A stretch of DNA of 63,437 bases, filler included, from Octopus bimaculoides (taxonomy: Eukaryota), in assembly GCF_001194135.2 (NCBI RefSeq). It is 4 parts of 4 records of this genome, joined end to end, with 100 filler letters (N's around TTAATTAATTAA, not from the genome) between each part and the next. Parts side by side here need not be neighbours in the genome. Positions count along the whole stretch, not along the records: positions 33,832 to 61,255 come from NC_068994.1; 3 more parts are not named here. One strand, 5' to 3'. This document shows positions 38,857 to 52,329 of this stretch, piece by piece (positions within the stretch are counted from its first letter, which is position 1; each line of letters begins with the position of its first letter). The notes beneath the pieces were generated by a model. That model searched no databases and was not told the DNA's origin. It saw only the letters and a list, made by a program, of their open reading frames with translations. Position numbers and translations under genes: made by a program.

Positions 38857-40144
38857 TCCGTATGTGTATTTCGTGTGCAAGATTCTTGATGTGGATACAT
38901 GTGTTGAAAGAAATACAATTAAACCTTGGGAGAGGCATTATGCTGGTAATAAACACACGCACTGGTTCAGTCCTTTATTAATTTATAAACAGTATATAGT
39001 TTTTTGTTAAATAATTTCATTGCACTCTTGCAATCTCTTCAGTAACTTGTCTCTCCACTTCCATTTATTTTGAATATTAATAATCCTTTCTACTAAAGGC
39101 ACAAGGTCTGAAATTTAGTGGGAGAAGGACTAGTTGATTACATCAACCTCAGTGTTTCACTGGTACTTGATTTATTGACCTTAAAAGGATGAACTCACAA
39201 CATAACAATAGGTGAAATACTGCTAGGCATTTCATCCAGCATGCTAACGATTCAGCCAGCTTGCTGCCTTAATAATAATAATAATAATCCTTTCCACTAA
39301 AGGCACAAGGCCAGCAATCTTGGGGGAGGGGTCAAGTTGATTAAATTGACCCCAGTGCTCAAAGTGGTACTTATTTTATTGATGCCAAAAGAATGAAAGG
39401 CAAAGTCAGCCTCTGTAACTCATATCCTGTAATGAAACATGTGTAACATGAAATTAAAAATATGCTAAGTTTTTCCAATATTTTATTTGATATTTTTACA
39501 CATGTAAGTATGCGATCATAAGCATACACTCTAAAAGTAGAGAATGCAAGGTGAGCTACATGCTTCAACATATTTAAACACTAATAATCAGAAATCTGCG
39601 CGCACACACACACACACGCACACACACACACACACACACAGCAAAACAAAACAAAAATATGTCCATGCACAATATAAACAGATGCAGAAACAGACATATA
39701 CATAAAATGCAAACATCTGTACACATACATATATACTGGTGTAAACTTCCGCTGATTTATGGTACTTTTTCAGCCCGAAAATTCCTCACCAACTGCCACT
39801 TCTTGATTACTATATACCAAAATTTTTACCAGCCCCTCCTATAAGGGTGGGTATTACTGGTATTGTTCTTCAGATTTTGGTCTCTTTCTCTTCCTATGAT
39901 TCAGACATCAGATTCCTAACCTAGATTTTCTTTAATATCTGTTGTAATGTTACATAACAGATTTCCACATTGAATCACTGTTACATTCCATTAGAGTTGT
40001 TTACAATGAATCATGGTGCTAAATACCATGTTTCAGCCTACACTCTATTGAAAAGCAGATGGAGAATCCAGGAATTTTGCCCTTTCTGTACTGCTATACT
40101 GTTATACTAATGCTGTATTTTTATAGGCAACTATGTATCTAGAC

Positions 40145-40319
40145 TAGTGCTCTGCAACTAGTATGCCACAGTACACTGGAGTGCCATGAGACAATGCTAG
40201 GTAACCTGAATATAATTTTTTCCCCTATACTTTTAGTTATATTTTCAGTTCAGGTGTGCTGCTGAATTTTGAAAAGAATAAAAGTGTACCACAAGTGAAA
40301 AAAAGGTTGCGGAGCACTA
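40145..40319. mobile_element. hAT-Charlie-type MITE, 175 bp
   Basis: TIRs TAGTGCTC(T/C)GCAAC and a perfect 8-bp TSD ATCTAGAC (40137-40144 and 40320-40327), fitting the NTCTAGAN preference. Confidence 0.9.
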
Positions 40320-41882
40320 ATCTAGACAATACATCAAGGATTTGCATGATACAATGATATAGCTGAAAGCTGCTTAATCTCCCTAGACTCTAGAACAAAG
40401 CAGCCAGCCCTCTGCAGCTACTAGCTTCTCAGTACTTTCTCTTCCTAACAAATGAGTGAGCTTCTAAAGCATTTTAAGTGTTTTGAAAAATTTTAAAACA
40501 ATGTGGTTGAGACTGAGTACTAATGTTACCCTAATCTTCATTATCTCTTTCAGTTGTTGGCTCCTTTCCATTTAGTGGTTTGCTTCAAATGCATTCTGGT
40601 TGAATCCTTTGACAGTCCTCTTATGGCACATCTTTCCTTGCATCTCTTTATGTATATCTCTTCAATTTCTCTTGATTTTTCTTTCAATTTCTGTGATCTT
40701 GAGAAACTAACATAAAACTTATCTCTTTGTATTCATTTCTCTTTTAGTTTCTGGATCCTGTCTGCTTTATACAATTCTCTCAGCTTCCTTCCAAGATGCT
40801 TTCTTACATAAAACAACCCCTCTTCATCTTCTGGGACACTTCTAAATTGGCTTTCTGTGTTTGTTATACCTAGCAAAACAATTCCCCACCTGAACAGATT
40901 ACTGTTCATTTCAAGAATGTCCCCAAATCTTTTATTAATACACAAGTTTATACAGGCTTTCAATCTTATACACATTTGACAAATTAATCTGAACACTAAA
41001 GGGTTAAATAAGGAAACCTATTTTAAGATCAGTGATAATTTACTTTTTTTTATTTTTTTTATATAGACATATTGAATCCCCAGCTCCTGCTATTGTCAAC
41101 TTCATGTATTCCAGGCAAGCAGTTAAAATGCCTTGTAACATCACAAAGTGTAACTGATGTTCCATTTACTTTGGTATGCAAACCTACAACAAACATGACA
41201 AATTTACCTATTCCTCTGAAAACTGCAAACATGATAAACAGCCCTCATTGATTTTCAACAGCAGTGTGAGCATTACTTGACCAATCCCAGAAAAACAAGC
41301 AGCCAATCCATTTATATATGAACTTTAGGTCAGTTATGTTAGGTTAGTTAGAATGTTTGTGAAATAATTCACAAATATATTTTAACTTCTAAAGGCAAAT
41401 TCACTGCAGTTACTGTGGAGAAAAAATTCTCTCTTATGGTAAAATGTATAAAAACACCAAACATTTATATAAAGAAATTAGTAGCTCAGAGAAATGGAAT
41501 CATTAATTTGCATACTATAAGTGTTTAACCCTTTAAGATTTTTATTTGTAACTTACTGAAACAAACTTTGTCTCATTTCCACCAGCTTCATAAATACTGA
41601 AATAGTCTAAAAGCTTAGGTGACACAATAGGGAAATTAATAGCAAGTATAAGATCTCTTATATTTCTAATATCAGGCATCACCCATGCCAAATCATTGTG
41701 TGCCTGATAATCTTGCCATAATGTGGAGTTTCTCAATTCTATGTTTACTAACTTCTAGGTATCAATGGGAAAATTGGTTTCATGTTACATACTTCACATT
41801 GTGACAAGATTTTAAGTGCACAATGCTTCTGCAATGCAGGGGACGGCTATAGTTTTTAAAATGGCTCATTGAATTGCTTTAA

Positions 41883-42100
41883 CCCTTTAGCATTCAGATT
41901 ATTCTAATCAAACGTAACATTTATCCCTATTGCTTTGAATTTATCCTGTATTATTTTGTATCCTTGAGCTTTTGATTATGTGACTGTCTATTTTTTAGAC
42001 AAACATTGTAGGGTAGGTGTGAGAGGTTGGATCTGGCCAGTTTGAACACAAAACAAGAATAATGTTATGGCTGGATATGGCCAGTTTAAATGCTAAAGGG
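41883..42100. mobile_element. piggyBac-like MITE, 218 bp
   Basis: TTAA|CCCTTTAGCATT...AATGCTAAAGGG|TTAA. Further copies at about 11095, 43066-43290, 46075-46237, 55535-55757 and 56638-56820 (reverse). Confidence 0.85.
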
Positions 42101-43583
42101 TTAAAGCATCTCTCTAAACAACACACAAAGGTTACCAAGATGATTGTTGGTACTATAAGGTTTTTAAACAACAGAAAATATGCAAAAGAGTAGAATCACT
42201 ATAACACTGAGCTATCAGTCCACAGGCCTTGAGTTCAAATTTAATAATAAACTTTATGTATTTAGGTAGTACACTTAATTCTATGTATCTCAGTTCACTT
42301 AGCTGTTATGAACTACAAGATTATTTGAGAAAATTACCTATTGCTAACATCTTATCTAAGGAGGTGATTATTTACCTCTCATTTGCTTAACATAATGAAA
42401 CTGGATCTAAAAGCCCCATTGGGAACTTGATAGATGTTTCTGTTTCCATCCTTAACCAGAGTTCAAGAGGATCTTTAGATGTAGCACAGTTGATAGACTT
42501 ACACAACATAAACCTATAATAAATCTGCTGTAATGTTGATGAACTGAAAAAAGGTTCAAAAGAAAATCAACAAGAGGCTATCACAGCTCTGGTTAAGATG
42601 CAAATAATATCCATCGTTACTTGAGGGTGCATTCATTTAACAGGATATTGAAAATCACTGATCTAAATAGATAAACAAAGATTTTGCTGTAGTCTATTTG
42701 AAGTATTGTTGTTGAGATGCAAGTAAAGTAATGTTGTAAGACACCAGAACACTTGAGAGATAATTTCTTTTACTCAACATTTCAGAACTGATAAGCACTA
42801 CTTTTGAAATAAGTAAGTTTTAAATTAAATATTAACAGTAACCTTATAAGGAATTATGATTTATTTTTTCCTAGGCATACATCTTTCTCTTTTAAGCAGG
42901 AATACATTTGAATTAATCAAACTTGATATATTATTGGATTTATTTTGTTGATACAACATAAATGATAACAGAAGTGAATGCAAATGAAATCATGTCAATC
43001 TTGCACCAAACTAGATTTCTCAAAATATCTATCTAGTTACCACCGAGCTAAATCTACCACCATTTATCCCTATAGCATTCAAACTATTCTGTCAAATGTA
43101 AAGTTTATTTATTTACATTGCTTTGAATTAATCATGCATTATCTTGTAGCTTTGAGATTTTGATGATGTGATTGTTATTTTTAGAATGACATTATAGGGT
43201 AGGTGTGAGAGGTTGGATCTGGCTAGTATGAACATAAAACAGGTAGAATGTTTAGGATGGATATGGCTTGTTCAAATACTAAATATAGTTTTAACTCTGC
43301 ACAAAGTGAACATTAAACATAAATGATGGGGGATGTCAATCTTGAATTGAAAATAACAGTGAAATACCAAACTAAATATCCTAAATTTGGTGAAGGCATA
43401 GCTTTGTGGCTACACAGTTCACTTTCCAACAATATGGTTCTGATTAAATCAACAGTGTAGAACCTTGTGCAAATGTTCTCTATGACAGCTTCAGGTTGAC
43501 CAACGCACTGTGAGTGAAATTAGGGAATGGAAGCTGTGTAGAAATCTGTTATATATATGTGTGTGTGTGTATACACTCATTTA

Positions 43584-43649
<66 letters not shown>

Positions 43650-45877
43650 AAATAGTGAGGGATTATCAATCCAGGCAAAATACTTTGTAAGCTCTCTGTT
43701 GGCACACCACGCTAACAATATTACTTACATTAGTGAAGAACTCCAGGTAATCTTTTGGTAGGGTCCCAAGTTATGGTTCTTCACAATTGTATATTTTAAA
43801 TCCATGGATGGGCTCCAGATAAACTGGTTTTTACACAGAGTGATATATAAAAAACAAGTTAAAAATAATGGTCATTACTTATAATTCTTTTATTTGAGAA
43901 AATGTGGCTTACAACTGTTTCCAGTAGTCATTATAGGTATATTACTGAAGGCAAATTGAATGACCTAAGAAAATTAATGCTACATTCGTCAAATGATCAT
44001 TATTTTAAACTTGTTTCTGATATATATATCATCATATATATATTTATATATATATAGCTTCTTTTTGAAGTTGTCACTGCCTGGAATAATAATGTGTATA
44101 TGTGTGTGTTGTAGGTATGTATGTATGTGTATACACACACACACACACAAGTATATATAACATTATTACTTTTCTTTACTCAGAGAACAAAGTAAGTCAG
44201 AAACTGAATTAAGAACTCAATGCTGACTAATGGAGTAAATGGTCAACTACATTAGTTTCTCTAGTGTGTGTGTGTGTGTGGGGGGGGGGGCTGTTAAACA
44301 TTGGAGAAACCCTATTAATTATTCCTGTTGGTTCTTACAGAGAATAAAATAACAGTCAAAAGTATGAATTTTAGAGAGATTAATTAAGGTGAATGAGAAA
44401 AAATTTATGTTAGCATCACAACGATTAAACGTTTGGGCTTGTCCTCCAGAAAATACATTATGAATCAGCTTCCTTACAGTGTGAAATATCTTCAGTTTGT
44501 AAATAATTGTCTTAAGTTGTTATTTCTGTGTATCAGTGTCTAAAATTTTCAAGTAGCCATAAAAATATTTTTAACAGAAAAAAAAAGGTAAAATATGAAA
44601 ATAGAAAGGAATTAAAAATTAAGAAGTACAAAATAATTTACACAGAAAAAAGAAAAGGATGAATATGGAACAGATTAGTTCTTTATACAGTGTGAGGAAT
44701 TCTGTGAGTAATGAAGAAAGGTTGATGAGAAAATATTGACAGTTACGCTTCAAAGAATTGTTTTCCTGTGAACTGCATTGTGGGTTTGTTTTAAAGCTGA
44801 TAGATAAATTTCTTCATTTTTAAAAATGATAAAAATTATGTCAAAATTTCTAAGCATTGTTACGTGAAATTAAAACATTTACAAAAACAAGAAAAAAAAA
44901 GAAAAATGTATATTAAAGATATAAAATGTATATTAAAGATATAAAATGTATATTAAAGATATTAAAGATGAAATGGAATTGCCATCCTTAAAACTTAGGT
45001 CAGTGTTGTTAAAACCTTTGAATAAATAAAAAGAAAGGTTAAGAACCTATTTGGGGGAAAATAGTGATGAGGGGTTTATATAAGTATTTTAGGTCATGTG
45101 TACTGTATAAGGACATGTGTACTGTATAAGGACATGTGTGCATGTGCAAGAGTCTCTTTGCTTTGTCATTGCATAATAGTTGTAAATCAGTGTCACCATC
45201 ATGTAAGCAGATTCATTCAATGTTATTTTCTGTGAGAACATGTTTTAAGCATGGGGAAATATTACCTTGCTTAAAAACAGGTGAAGGTTGTCAATAGAAA
45301 AGGCATCTAGCTGCAGAAAATCTGCCTCAATAAAGCCTGACTTAGGCAAGCATAGAAAAACAAATGTTAAAACGGTGTTGTTGATAATTAAAACCAAACA
45401 CAGTTGTGATTTCATTATATGTTAGAAAGAAAAGCTATTCTCTCTCTCTCTACACACACACTCACACATGTCTATTATTGTCAATACCGGTGAGACAACC
45501 AATAAACTGGTGCTTTCAAAAAAACAACCTTGTGATATTTATTTTGCCTGAGTAGCACAGACACAGTCTTGTGACTCTCACCGTCAGATGCAGTAAACCA
45601 GTGATTGGCATGTTGAAAACCTATAACCAGCAACACAATTGCTCACAATATGTGATATAAAATAAACTAAAGACTGTAAACTATTTTAGTTCAGTGTTCT
45701 ACAGTGTCAGTCAGTGGCTAATAAATAAATCAAAATAAATGAAGATCAGGTGTTTTCATAACATCTTTCACATCAACTTATATTAGATAGCAGTAGTTCA
45801 TAGTTGATGTGTTAAATGTGTTGAAATGGTATAACATATGTTCAAGATTGGCAGTGTGTGTGTGTGTGTGTGTGTGT

Positions 45878-45908
<31 letters not shown>

Positions 45909-46561
45909 CGACAGGCTTCTTTCAGTTTCTGCCTACCAAATCTACTCACAAGGCTTTGGTCAGCCTGAGGCAATAGCAGAAGACACTTGCCCAAGGTGCC
46001 ATGCAGTAGGACTGAACCCAGAACCATATGGTTGGGAAGTAAGCTTCTTACCATACAGCCACACCTTATTTATTCATATTGTTTTGAATTAATCATGCAT
46101 TAGCATGTGGCTTTGACATTTCAATTATTTTTAGAATAATATTGTAAGGTAAGTGTGAGAGGCTAGATGTAGCCAGTTGGAAGATGAAATAAGTAAATCA
46201 TTTTGGATGGATATGACGGGTTTAAACACTAACTGGTTAAAACAGAGTTTGTTTCATAGAACCAAGGAAGGTCACAGGTAGGTGGGTATCAAAAGGTTGA
46301 GATAGCTGACTTATCTTATTTTTACTCAAAGAAATTTAATAGCACTTATATGAATAGGAAAATGAAGGAATTTATGAATGCACCAAGTTGCTGGCTACAG
46401 TTTTGCATTGGGGCACATGTGTGGATTAGAAGTTTGCTTTCCAACCACATGGTTTCAGGTTGAGCCTCACTGTGTGGCACCTTTTGGGCAAGTATCTTTT
46501 ATAATAGCCCTTTACGGGAAATTGATGCATGGAACACACACACACATATGTGTATATACAG

Positions 46562-46830
46562 AGGGCGCATGGCCTAGTGGTTAGGGTGTAGCACTCATGA
46601 CTGCAAGATCATGGTCTCAATCCCTGGACAGGGTGATGTATTATGTTCTTGAGGAAAAAACACTTCCTCACATGTTGTTCTGTGATCACTTCAACATCTG
46701 ACATGTGGCACACTGTGCGCCTGTTCAGGCAATGTTGGTTTGGTGGAGGGAGTGAGCTAATATAGAGGTCATTCACCAAAGCTGAACAGTCATACACTGT
46801 GCTGAAAGGAACAATCCATCATAGGATAAA
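46562..46830 (+). mobile_element. tRNA-derived SINE (second family)
   Basis: A-box tggcctagtgg, degenerate B-box ggtctcaatccc, then gttcttgaggaaaaaacactt. A related reverse copy lies at about 57900-58155. Confidence 0.65.
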
Positions 46831-46900
46831 GTTCTGTATTAAAAGATAATAATCGATGTTAGTTAATTGTTGTTGATCAAGATTTCTATATTTCCTGCTT

Positions 46901-46962
<62 letters not shown>

Positions 46963-47057
46963 TATGATATCCATATATTTAGATATATCATATACATATA
47001 AATATAATTTGCATATATATATAGCATATAAACATATATATCATATACACACATATA

Positions 47058-47826
47058 TCATCATCATTATTTAATACCCGTTTTCCATGCTGTCATGGGT
47101 TGGACTGTTTGACAGAGCACAGGAACCAGTCCAGCGGCACTGGCAATGTCCTCGCTCGAATGTTTTTTTCATGTGCCATCGGCTCAAGTGCCAGTAAGGC
47201 GATGCTGGTAACGATCACATTCAAATGGTGCTTTTTACGTGCAACCGGCGCGGAAGCCAGACAGCTGCTCTGGCAATGATCACGTTCGGACGGTGCTAAT
47301 AGCACTCCACTGGCATGGGTGCCAGTCATCGAATTTGGTTCAATTTCGATTTCGATTTCACTTGCACCAACAGGTCTTCGCAAGCAGAGTTTAGTGTCCA
47401 ATGAAGGAAAGGTTGGCATGGGTGCCAATTGTCAAATTTGGTTCGATTTCAATTTCACTTGCCTCAACAGGTCTTCACAAGCAGAGTTTAATGTCCAATG
47501 AAGGAAAGGTACGTATAAGTGGGCTGGCTACACCCTTGACAAAGGCCACGGTTATGGTCTCATTCAGCTTGCCGGGTCTTCTCACGCACAGCATATTTTC
47601 AATGGTCCCAGTCACTAGTCATTGCCTCGGTGAGGCCTAATGTTCGAAGGTTGTGCTTCACCACCTCATCCCAGGTCTACCTCTTCCACAGGTTCCCTCA
47701 ACCGCTAGGGTGTGGCACTTTTTCACACAGCTATCCTCGTCCATTCTCGCCAGATGACCATACCAGCACACTTGTCTCTCTTTCACACCACAACTGATGC
47801 TTCTTATGTCCAACTTCTCTCTCAAG
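47058..47826 (-). mobile_element. 5'-truncated RTE-clade LINE
   Basis: Reverse complement of the 20600-21600 type (EKLDIRSISCGV..WYGHLARMDE). Confidence 0.85.
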
Positions 47827-47844
47827 GTATATATACATATATAT

Positions 47845-48861
47845 AACCAGTGAGGCAGTTACAATGGAATACATCGACATTAGTGAAGAAGATATACTAC
47901 TAGCCACAGATGAGGTGGATGCAAACTCAACTGCTGGTCCTGATGGTGTCCCAGCAATCCTCCTCAAACCGTGTAAGTATGCTCCGGCAAAACCTCTACA
48001 GATTCTCTTCCTGAGCTTTCTTGCAAATGGCAGGCTGCGAAACAAGCTGAAGGAGGGAATAATATGCCCAATCCATAAAGGTGAAAGCAGAGCAGATGCC
48101 AAGAACCACAGGCCTATCTCTCTGACTTCATTCATCAGCAAAGTCATGGAACAGATAGTCAGAGGGAAACTAATTGCATTCCTTAAAGAAAATAACTTGC
48201 AGAGTGATACCCAACATGGCTTTTGACCAGGTAGGAGCTGCCTGACCTATCTCTTACAACACTATGACTGGGCTTTGAGGCAGTTACTCAACAACTCAAA
48301 TGTGGACATAATATACCTTGATTTTGCAAAAGATTTTGATGTTGGCATGATATGCAACAAACTGCATGATCTCGGCATAGCGGGAAAACTTGGAGAGTGT
48401 TTACATGATTGAAAGATAGAAGTCAAGCAGTAGTGGCCAATGGAGCCACCTCAATGAAAACACAAATAGTGAGCAGTGTTCCACGGGGCACTGTCTTGGG
48501 ACCACTGCTTTTCCTAGTGGCCCTCTCAGATATGCTCTCAACTGCCTGGACAGCCACCCTTGCTAGCTATGCAGACGATATGAAAGTCTTGCAGAAAATA
48601 CAGAACCCCAGTGATGTTGCACACCTACAGCAGGAGTTGGACTCAATTTACTGATGGGCTGAGGATAATAACATGCAGTTTAATGCTGAAAAATTCAAAG
48701 CCTTGCGCTACCAGCATCCAAAACTGAATATAAAACTTACAAGGTACACTGGTCCACAGGGGATTACAATCCCATAGCCTAAATCAGTGAGGGACCTGGG
48801 TATCGACATGAGTGATGATACCTCTTTCCAAGTGTACATTACCAGGATGGCAACAATACAA
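47845..48861 (+). mobile_element. CR1/Jockey-type LINE reverse-transcriptase fragment
   Basis: AGPDGVPAILLK, HRPISLTSFISKVME, QHGF*PGRSCLT, VPRGTVLGPLLF, YADDMKV. Stops are present. Confidence 0.9.
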
Positions 48862-48989
48862 NNNNNNNNNNNNNNNNNNNNNNNNNNNNNNNNNNNNNNN
48901 NNNNNNNNNNNNNNNNNNNNNNNNNNNNNNNNNNNNNNNNNNNNNNNNNNNNNNNNNNNNNNNNNNNNNNNNNNNNNNNNNNNNNNNNN

Positions 48990-49024
<35 letters not shown>

Positions 49025-50155
49025 TACAAAATGTGACAAGAACGCAAAATATCCAGACAGTTAGGTGATACAAGAAAGGGACAACAAAACATCCAGATAG
49101 ACGATACAAAGAAAACAAGGACAGGTCATTTGGAGTTTTCTTTCATCAGTCGGGATCCAGATTATCTTTGCAATTTTGGCTGGTTATACTCGATATTGCT
49201 CCAATCTGGTCAGCCCCAAGGAAAAACTAAGCTAAGAGCATTAGATTCCTTGGAAGAAAGCAGCGAATGTATACTAAAACAAGGACGGTAAAGAAACGAA
49301 CAATGTTACACAAATACAATAAAAATAAGAACAGCACATAACAACAGATGTCTTTTGACTAAGGACGAATTTAATTAAGCTGGCATGTGTGGAAATAAAG
49401 CCTTATGGCAGGGATACAAGATTTCACAGGCACAGGGAGGAATATCGATAAATCATATATTATATATTTATATATAAATGTATATATAAATGTATTAATA
49501 ATTATATATAAATGTATTTAGGGAGCAAGTGCGATAAAAATGATTGTAGAAAGGTAGGTTTGTTTAGCCCCAGGTCAGTCCAAAAACATTCTAGATTTAA
49601 CTGTTATTCTTTTTGTATACTCAAGACTACATCATCAACTGTATTTCTTTTTCCTAAAGCAGCTGGGTGTTATGAAGTAATTTCATTGTTATTTCTAGCA
49701 GATTGTGAAATCACATACACGTTTCCTTGTAGTCTTGAGATTGATCCGATGTAGTTTTTATAATATAATGCAAATCATCATCATTGTAATGTCCACTTTT
49801 TCATGCTTGCATGGTTCAGATGAAACTTGTTGAAGCAGGTCTTCTACAGCAAAAATGCACTTCCTGATACCAACTCTCACCTGTTTCCAAACAAAGTAAT
49901 ATTTCCATGGCTAGACATGTTTTTCGTGGAAGACTGAAAATGAACGGCATCATTTGTGTGATGGGGACATTCATTTACAACTATCATGTGATGTCAAGGT
50001 AAGGATACACACAAGCAAGCAAGCATGCACCTCTTCCACACACACATATATATAACCTTTTATAAGCACCTTCTATCTTATAAACATCTAGTTATTAAAG
50101 TGGAAAAAGGATCAGAAAAGCCATTTCTATTCATCTTTTCAAATATATACATACA

Positions 50156-50208
<53 letters not shown>

Positions 50209-52291
50209 NNNNNNNNNNNNNNNNNNNNNNNNNNNNNNNNNNNNNNNNNNNNNNNNNNNNNNNNNNNNNNNNNNNNNNNNNNNNNNATATATACTTTTAT
50301 TAATGCTGCAAAATCATCACAAAAACTGATTTTGCAGCTTTAATAAAAGCATATTACTCTACCTTGGGTATACGAGTACTGTTTTTTCTACCTTGTTTTG
50401 CATTTATGTGCTCACCTGTGTGTGTGTGTATACATACATACAATGAGCCTCTTTTCAACTTCCATCAACCAAAACCATTCATAAAGCTTTGGCTGGTCTG
50501 GAACTATAGTAGAAGATACTTGTCCAAGGTGCTGTACAGCGAAACAACTAAGGGAAACACTGTGCTGGCAGTCATCAACAAGAGAAATGGCAAAGAGTTT
50601 GCTGTGTAGAAATTACAGCACAATGACAGATTTGGGATTTGTACAAAGTTGAAATTTGTTAGGAGCTAAAGTAGTTTCTAAAGTGGCTGCCAAAAATTTA
50701 GCTAAAACAGTGATATAACCATGATAAAATAAATATAAACAACTTCTTAACAGTGAGAAGAATCGGTCTGTCAGCATTAGAATGAAGTAGACAATTACAG
50801 GGAGAGAGAGAGAACATTTTAGGAAATGCTGTATATGAGAGATATTTTTACCTGGGTAGTTGGTAATCTGTGAAGCTGAACAGAGCTGTATAAAATGTAT
50901 ACAATTGCTTTTTGGCTACAATTCACTATTGATTACTGAAAAACAAGATCTAAAAATAAAATTCTACTTTTGTCTATATGTAGACTACTTTCTAAAAGTA
51001 GTTACGAAAAACAACTTCTACTCTTTGTCAAATCAACTTAAAAGACAGAAAATAATTTACTTTTCTTCCAGTATCAATAAGCCAATAAATTAAGAATTCT
51101 AAAACCAACTAAACATATTTATCATTCAATTTCAATTAATTTCCTTAGATTACCATGAAGATGAATAAAAGAAAATCAGTTGATTTCAGTAAAAGCTCAT
51201 TAAGTTAGACTGAATAATAAAAAAAAGTAATTATAAAAAGACAGAGCGACAATGAGCTTCATATAGTTAATAGGAATATTAGATACATGACTAGACAGAA
51301 CCTCCTTATTATCTTGATGATGTCATTAGATGAAATATATGCATAATGATAATGATCTGCTTTGCACTGAAAATGAAACAATATCTTAATATTACAAATC
51401 CTTACAATTTAATGATATTCGAGTAGAATTTAGTAACTTTTCTGGGTTTTTTTTTTTCCTTTCTCTTTTCTGTTTCATTAACAGAAAACATTTTTAGGAA
51501 AAAGCAAGTACAATAAGGAGAGATGTAAAAAGTCAATTTTCAATGAATACATGACCAAGATTTCATGAAAGAGGATGTTGTTCAGGATAAGATATTGGAT
51601 TAAGAAATGCCACACATGGAGAATAATGTTCTTTCAAAAGTATATTAAAAGCTTTTTAACCAACAGTTTCTTTCTCTCTCACACACAGTCTTACAATATA
51701 TCTTTCATCAGGATAAAAATCAATAAAACAAAAATTAAAAAGTAGTTTTTCATTATATATAGTTTGCATAGGTGCAGACATGGTTGTTTGGCACTTTCTT
51801 CAAGTGTCTTGTGCCATACCCTCAGATCTTCTGAATGGATTTGGTAGACGGAAACTAAAAGAAGCCCATCATATACATGTGAGTGAATGTGTGTATATGT
51901 GCATGTGTGTGTGTGTGTCTCCTACCACCATTTGACAACCAGTATTGGTGTGTTTATGTACCCAGTTCAACAAAAGACACTGATAGAATAAGTACCAGAC
52001 TTAAAAAAACAAAAAGTTCTGAAGTTGATTAATTCTTCAAGGCAGTGCTCTAGCATGGCCACAGTCTAATGATAACAAAAGATAAAAGATAACACACACA
52101 CACACGCGCACATATTCTCTTTTACTTGTTTCAGTCATTTGACACTGTCCAGGACTTATTCTTTGTAAGCCTAGTGCTCATTCAATCGGTCTCTTTTGCC
52201 AAACCACTATGTTATGGGAACGTAAACACACCAGCATCAGTTGTCAAGCAATGGTGGGGGGAAAACCACAGACACACAAACATATACATAC

Positions 52292-52329
<38 letters not shown>

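Noticed and set aside
44915-45140. Small tandem duplications (20-bp x3, 19-bp x2; also a 24-bp unit at 37281-37326)
   Set aside because: They are ordinary slippage products with no further structure.
46562-46635. tRNA-like sequences (also the heads at about 54112 and 52790-52860)
   Set aside because: They have degenerate cloverleafs and continue into SINE bodies, so they are not tRNA genes.
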